64,000 nt of DNA from Mobula hypostoma. Taxonomy: Eukaryota. Positions 61,301-64,000 of the stretch are shown piece by piece (position 1 is the stretch's first letter; each line of letters starts with the position of its first letter). The stretch is taken from the NCBI RefSeq assembly GCF_963921235.1, contig NC_086108.1, positions 113,276,001-113,340,000 on the forward strand. The letters are read 5' to 3'. The translations under genes and the position numbers were made by a program. The notes under the pieces were generated by a model. That model searched no databases. It saw nothing but the letters and a program-made list of their open reading frames with translations, and was not told where the DNA came from.

Positions 61301-64000
61301 AGGAATATAGAACAGTACAGAACAGAACAGGAACAGAGAACAGTACTACACAGGAACAGAGAACAGTACAGAACAGGAACGCAGAACAGTACAGAACAGG
61401 AACAGAGAACATTACGGAACAGGAACAGAGAACATTACGGAACAGGAACAGAGAACATTCCAGAACAGAAACACAGAACAGCACAGAACAGGAACAGAGA
61501 ACAGTACAGAACAGGAACTGAGAATAGTATGGAAAAGGAACAAAGAACACAACAGAGCAGACACACAGAACAGTACAGAAGAGGAACACAGAACAGTACA
61601 GAACAGGAACATAGAACAGTACATAACAGGAATACAGAATGGTACAGAACAGGAACAGAGAGCAGTACAACATAGGAACATAGAACAGAACAGAACAGGA
61701 ACACAGAACAATACAACACAGGAATATAGAACAGGACAGAACAGGAACACAGAACAATACAACACAGGAATATAGAACAGTACAGAAGAGGAACACTGAA
61801 CAATACAACACAGGAACACGGAAGAGAACAGAACAGGAATACGGAACACCACAGAACACCAACACAGAACAGCACAGAAAAGGAATATAGAACAGCACAA
61901 CACAGGAACACAGAACAGTACAGAATAGGAACAGAGGACAGTACAACACAGGAACACAGAACAGTACAGAACAGGAGCACAGAACAGGAACATAGAACAG
62001 AACAGGAACACAGAACAGTCCAGAACAGGATCACAGAACAGCACCGTCGTGCAACACAAAACAGTACCGAATGGGTACATAGAACAGTACCGAACAGGAA
62101 CAGGAAACAGTACAGAACAGAACAGAATGGGAACACAGAACAGTACCAAACGGGAACATACAACAGAACTGAAAGGGAACACAGAACAGTAAATTAGAAC
62201 AGTACAAGAGAGGAACACAGAACAATACAGAACAGAAACACAGAACAGTACAGAACAGCAACACAGAACAGTACAGAACAGCAACACAGAACAGTACAGA
62301 ACAGCAACACAGAACAGTACAGAACAGGAACATGGGACAGCACAGAACAGTACAGAACAGGAACACAGAACATTACAAAACAGGAACACGGAACAGTACA
62401 GAACAGGAACACAGAACAGTACAGAACAAGAACACGGAAGGGTACAGAACAGGAATACGGAACAGTACAACACAGGAACACAGAACAGTACAGAAAAGGA
62501 AAAGAGAACAGTAGAGAAGAGGAACAGATAAAAGTACAGAACAGGAACAGAGAACACTGCAGCACAGAAACACAGAACAGTACAGAACAGGAATACAGAA
62601 CTGTACAGAACAGGAACACAAAACAGTACAGAACAGGAACAGAGAACAGTATGGGACATGAACAGAGAACACTACAGAACAGAAACACAGAACAATACAT
62701 AACAGGAATACAGAATGGTACAGAACAGGAACAGAGAGCAGTACAACATAGGAACATAGAACAGAACAGAACTGGAGCACAGAACAATACAACACAGGAA
62801 TATAGAACAGTACAGATCAGGAACACAGAACGGTACAACACAGGAACACTGAACAGAACAGAACAGGAATACGGAACACCACAGAACACCAACACAGAAC
62901 AGCACAGAAAAGGAATATAGAACAGTACAACACAGGAACACAGAACAGTACAGAATAGGAACAGAGGACAGTACAACACAGGAACACAGAACAGTACAGA
63001 ACAGGAGCACAGAACAGGAACATAGAACAGAACAGGAACACAGAACAGTACAGAACAGGAGCACAGAACAGGAACATAGAATAGAGCACAAACACCGAAC
63101 AGTCCAGAACAGGAACACAGAACAGTACAGAACAGCAACACAGAACAGTACAGAACAGCAACACAGAACAGTACAGAACAGGAACACAGAACAGTACAGA
63201 ACAGGAACATGGGACAGTACAGAACAGGAACACAGAACAGTACAGAACAAGAACACGGAAGGGTACAGAACAGGAATACCGAACAGTACAACACAGGAAC
63301 AGAGAACATTACGGAACAGGAACAGAGAACATTACGGAACAGGAACAGAGAACATTCCAGAACAGAAACACAGAACAGCACAGAACAGGAACAGAGAACA
63401 GTACAGAACAGGAACTGAGAATAGTATGGAAAAGGAACAAAGAACACAACAGAGCAGACACACAGAACAGTACAGAAGAGGAACACAGAACAGTACAGAA
63501 CAGGAACATAGAACAGTACATAACAGGAATACAGAATGGTACAGAACAGGAACAGAGAGCAGTACAACATAGGAACATAGAACAGAACAGAACAGGAACA
63601 CAGAACAATACAACACAGGAATATAGAACAGGACAGAACAGGAACACAGAACAATACAACACAGGAATATAGAACAGTACAGAAGAGGAACACTGAACAA
63701 TACAACACAGGAACACGGAAGAGAACAGAACAGGAATACGGAACACCACAGAACACCAACACAGAACAGCACAGAAAAGGAATATAGAACAGCACAACAC
63801 AGGAACACAGAACAGTACAGAATAGGAACAGAGGACAGTACAACACAGGAACACAGAACAGTACAGAACAGGAGCACAGAACAGGAACATAGAACAGAAC
63901 AGGAACACAGAACAGTCCAGAACAGGATCACAGAACAGCACCGTCGTGGAACACAAAACAGTACCGAATGGGTACATAGAACAGTACCGAACAGGAACAG
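55305..64000. repeat. Satellite array, >8.7 kb (runs off the window), unit ~23 bp ACAGAACAGGAACACAGAACAGT, with higher-order blocks
   Basis: Directly visible; + strand strongly T-poor. Diagnostic variants recur at 1135-bp (tatgggacatg at 57741, 58876, 60011), 1121-bp and 1897-bp (gaatagtatggaaaagg at 60401, 61522, 63419) spacings. Confidence 0.97.

Noticed and set aside
55291..63977. Long Cys-rich minus-strand ORFs (up to 1100 aa) and E/Q/N/R/T-rich plus-strand ORFs, superficially keratin-associated or metallothionein-like
   Set aside because: Open in several frames at once because the satellite's base skew makes stop codons rare; no unique termini or splice structure.

Overview
Eukaryotic (vertebrate) genomic DNA. 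The repeat content (CR1 LINEs, V-domain-type tRNA-SINEs, Rex1/Babar, Penelope-like elements) points to a cartilaginous fish, possibly a ray; that assignment is inference. The window lies inside the 5' part of one minus-strand fibrillar collagen gene, most likely col24a1. Two exons can be read directly: a 65-bp signal-peptide exon (51265-51329), absent from the ORF track, and a 1334-bp TSPN/LamG plus variable-region exon (13887-15220). They join in frame across a ~36-kb intron. The rest is intronic and dominated by nested transposon remnants plus two strand-asymmetric satellites (51.5-53.6 kb and 55.3-64 kb). Most notable: (i) short Penelope-derived inserts carrying a minimal hammerhead-ribozyme motif, with the best-preserved copy antisense to the host transcript and the sense copies damaged; (ii) a hAT-like MITE with 6-bp TSDs that keeps a BED-finger-like exon and a nested copy of its own 5' end; (iii) a perfect 105-bp-arm palindrome; (iv) an 8.7-kb satellite with higher-order structure whose unit resembles the CR1 3' tail; (v) inverted CR1 copies bracketing the big exon (circRNA candidate). 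No prokaryotic systems, CRISPR arrays, rRNA or intact tRNA were seen. TE boundaries are approximate unless TSDs/TIRs are quoted.
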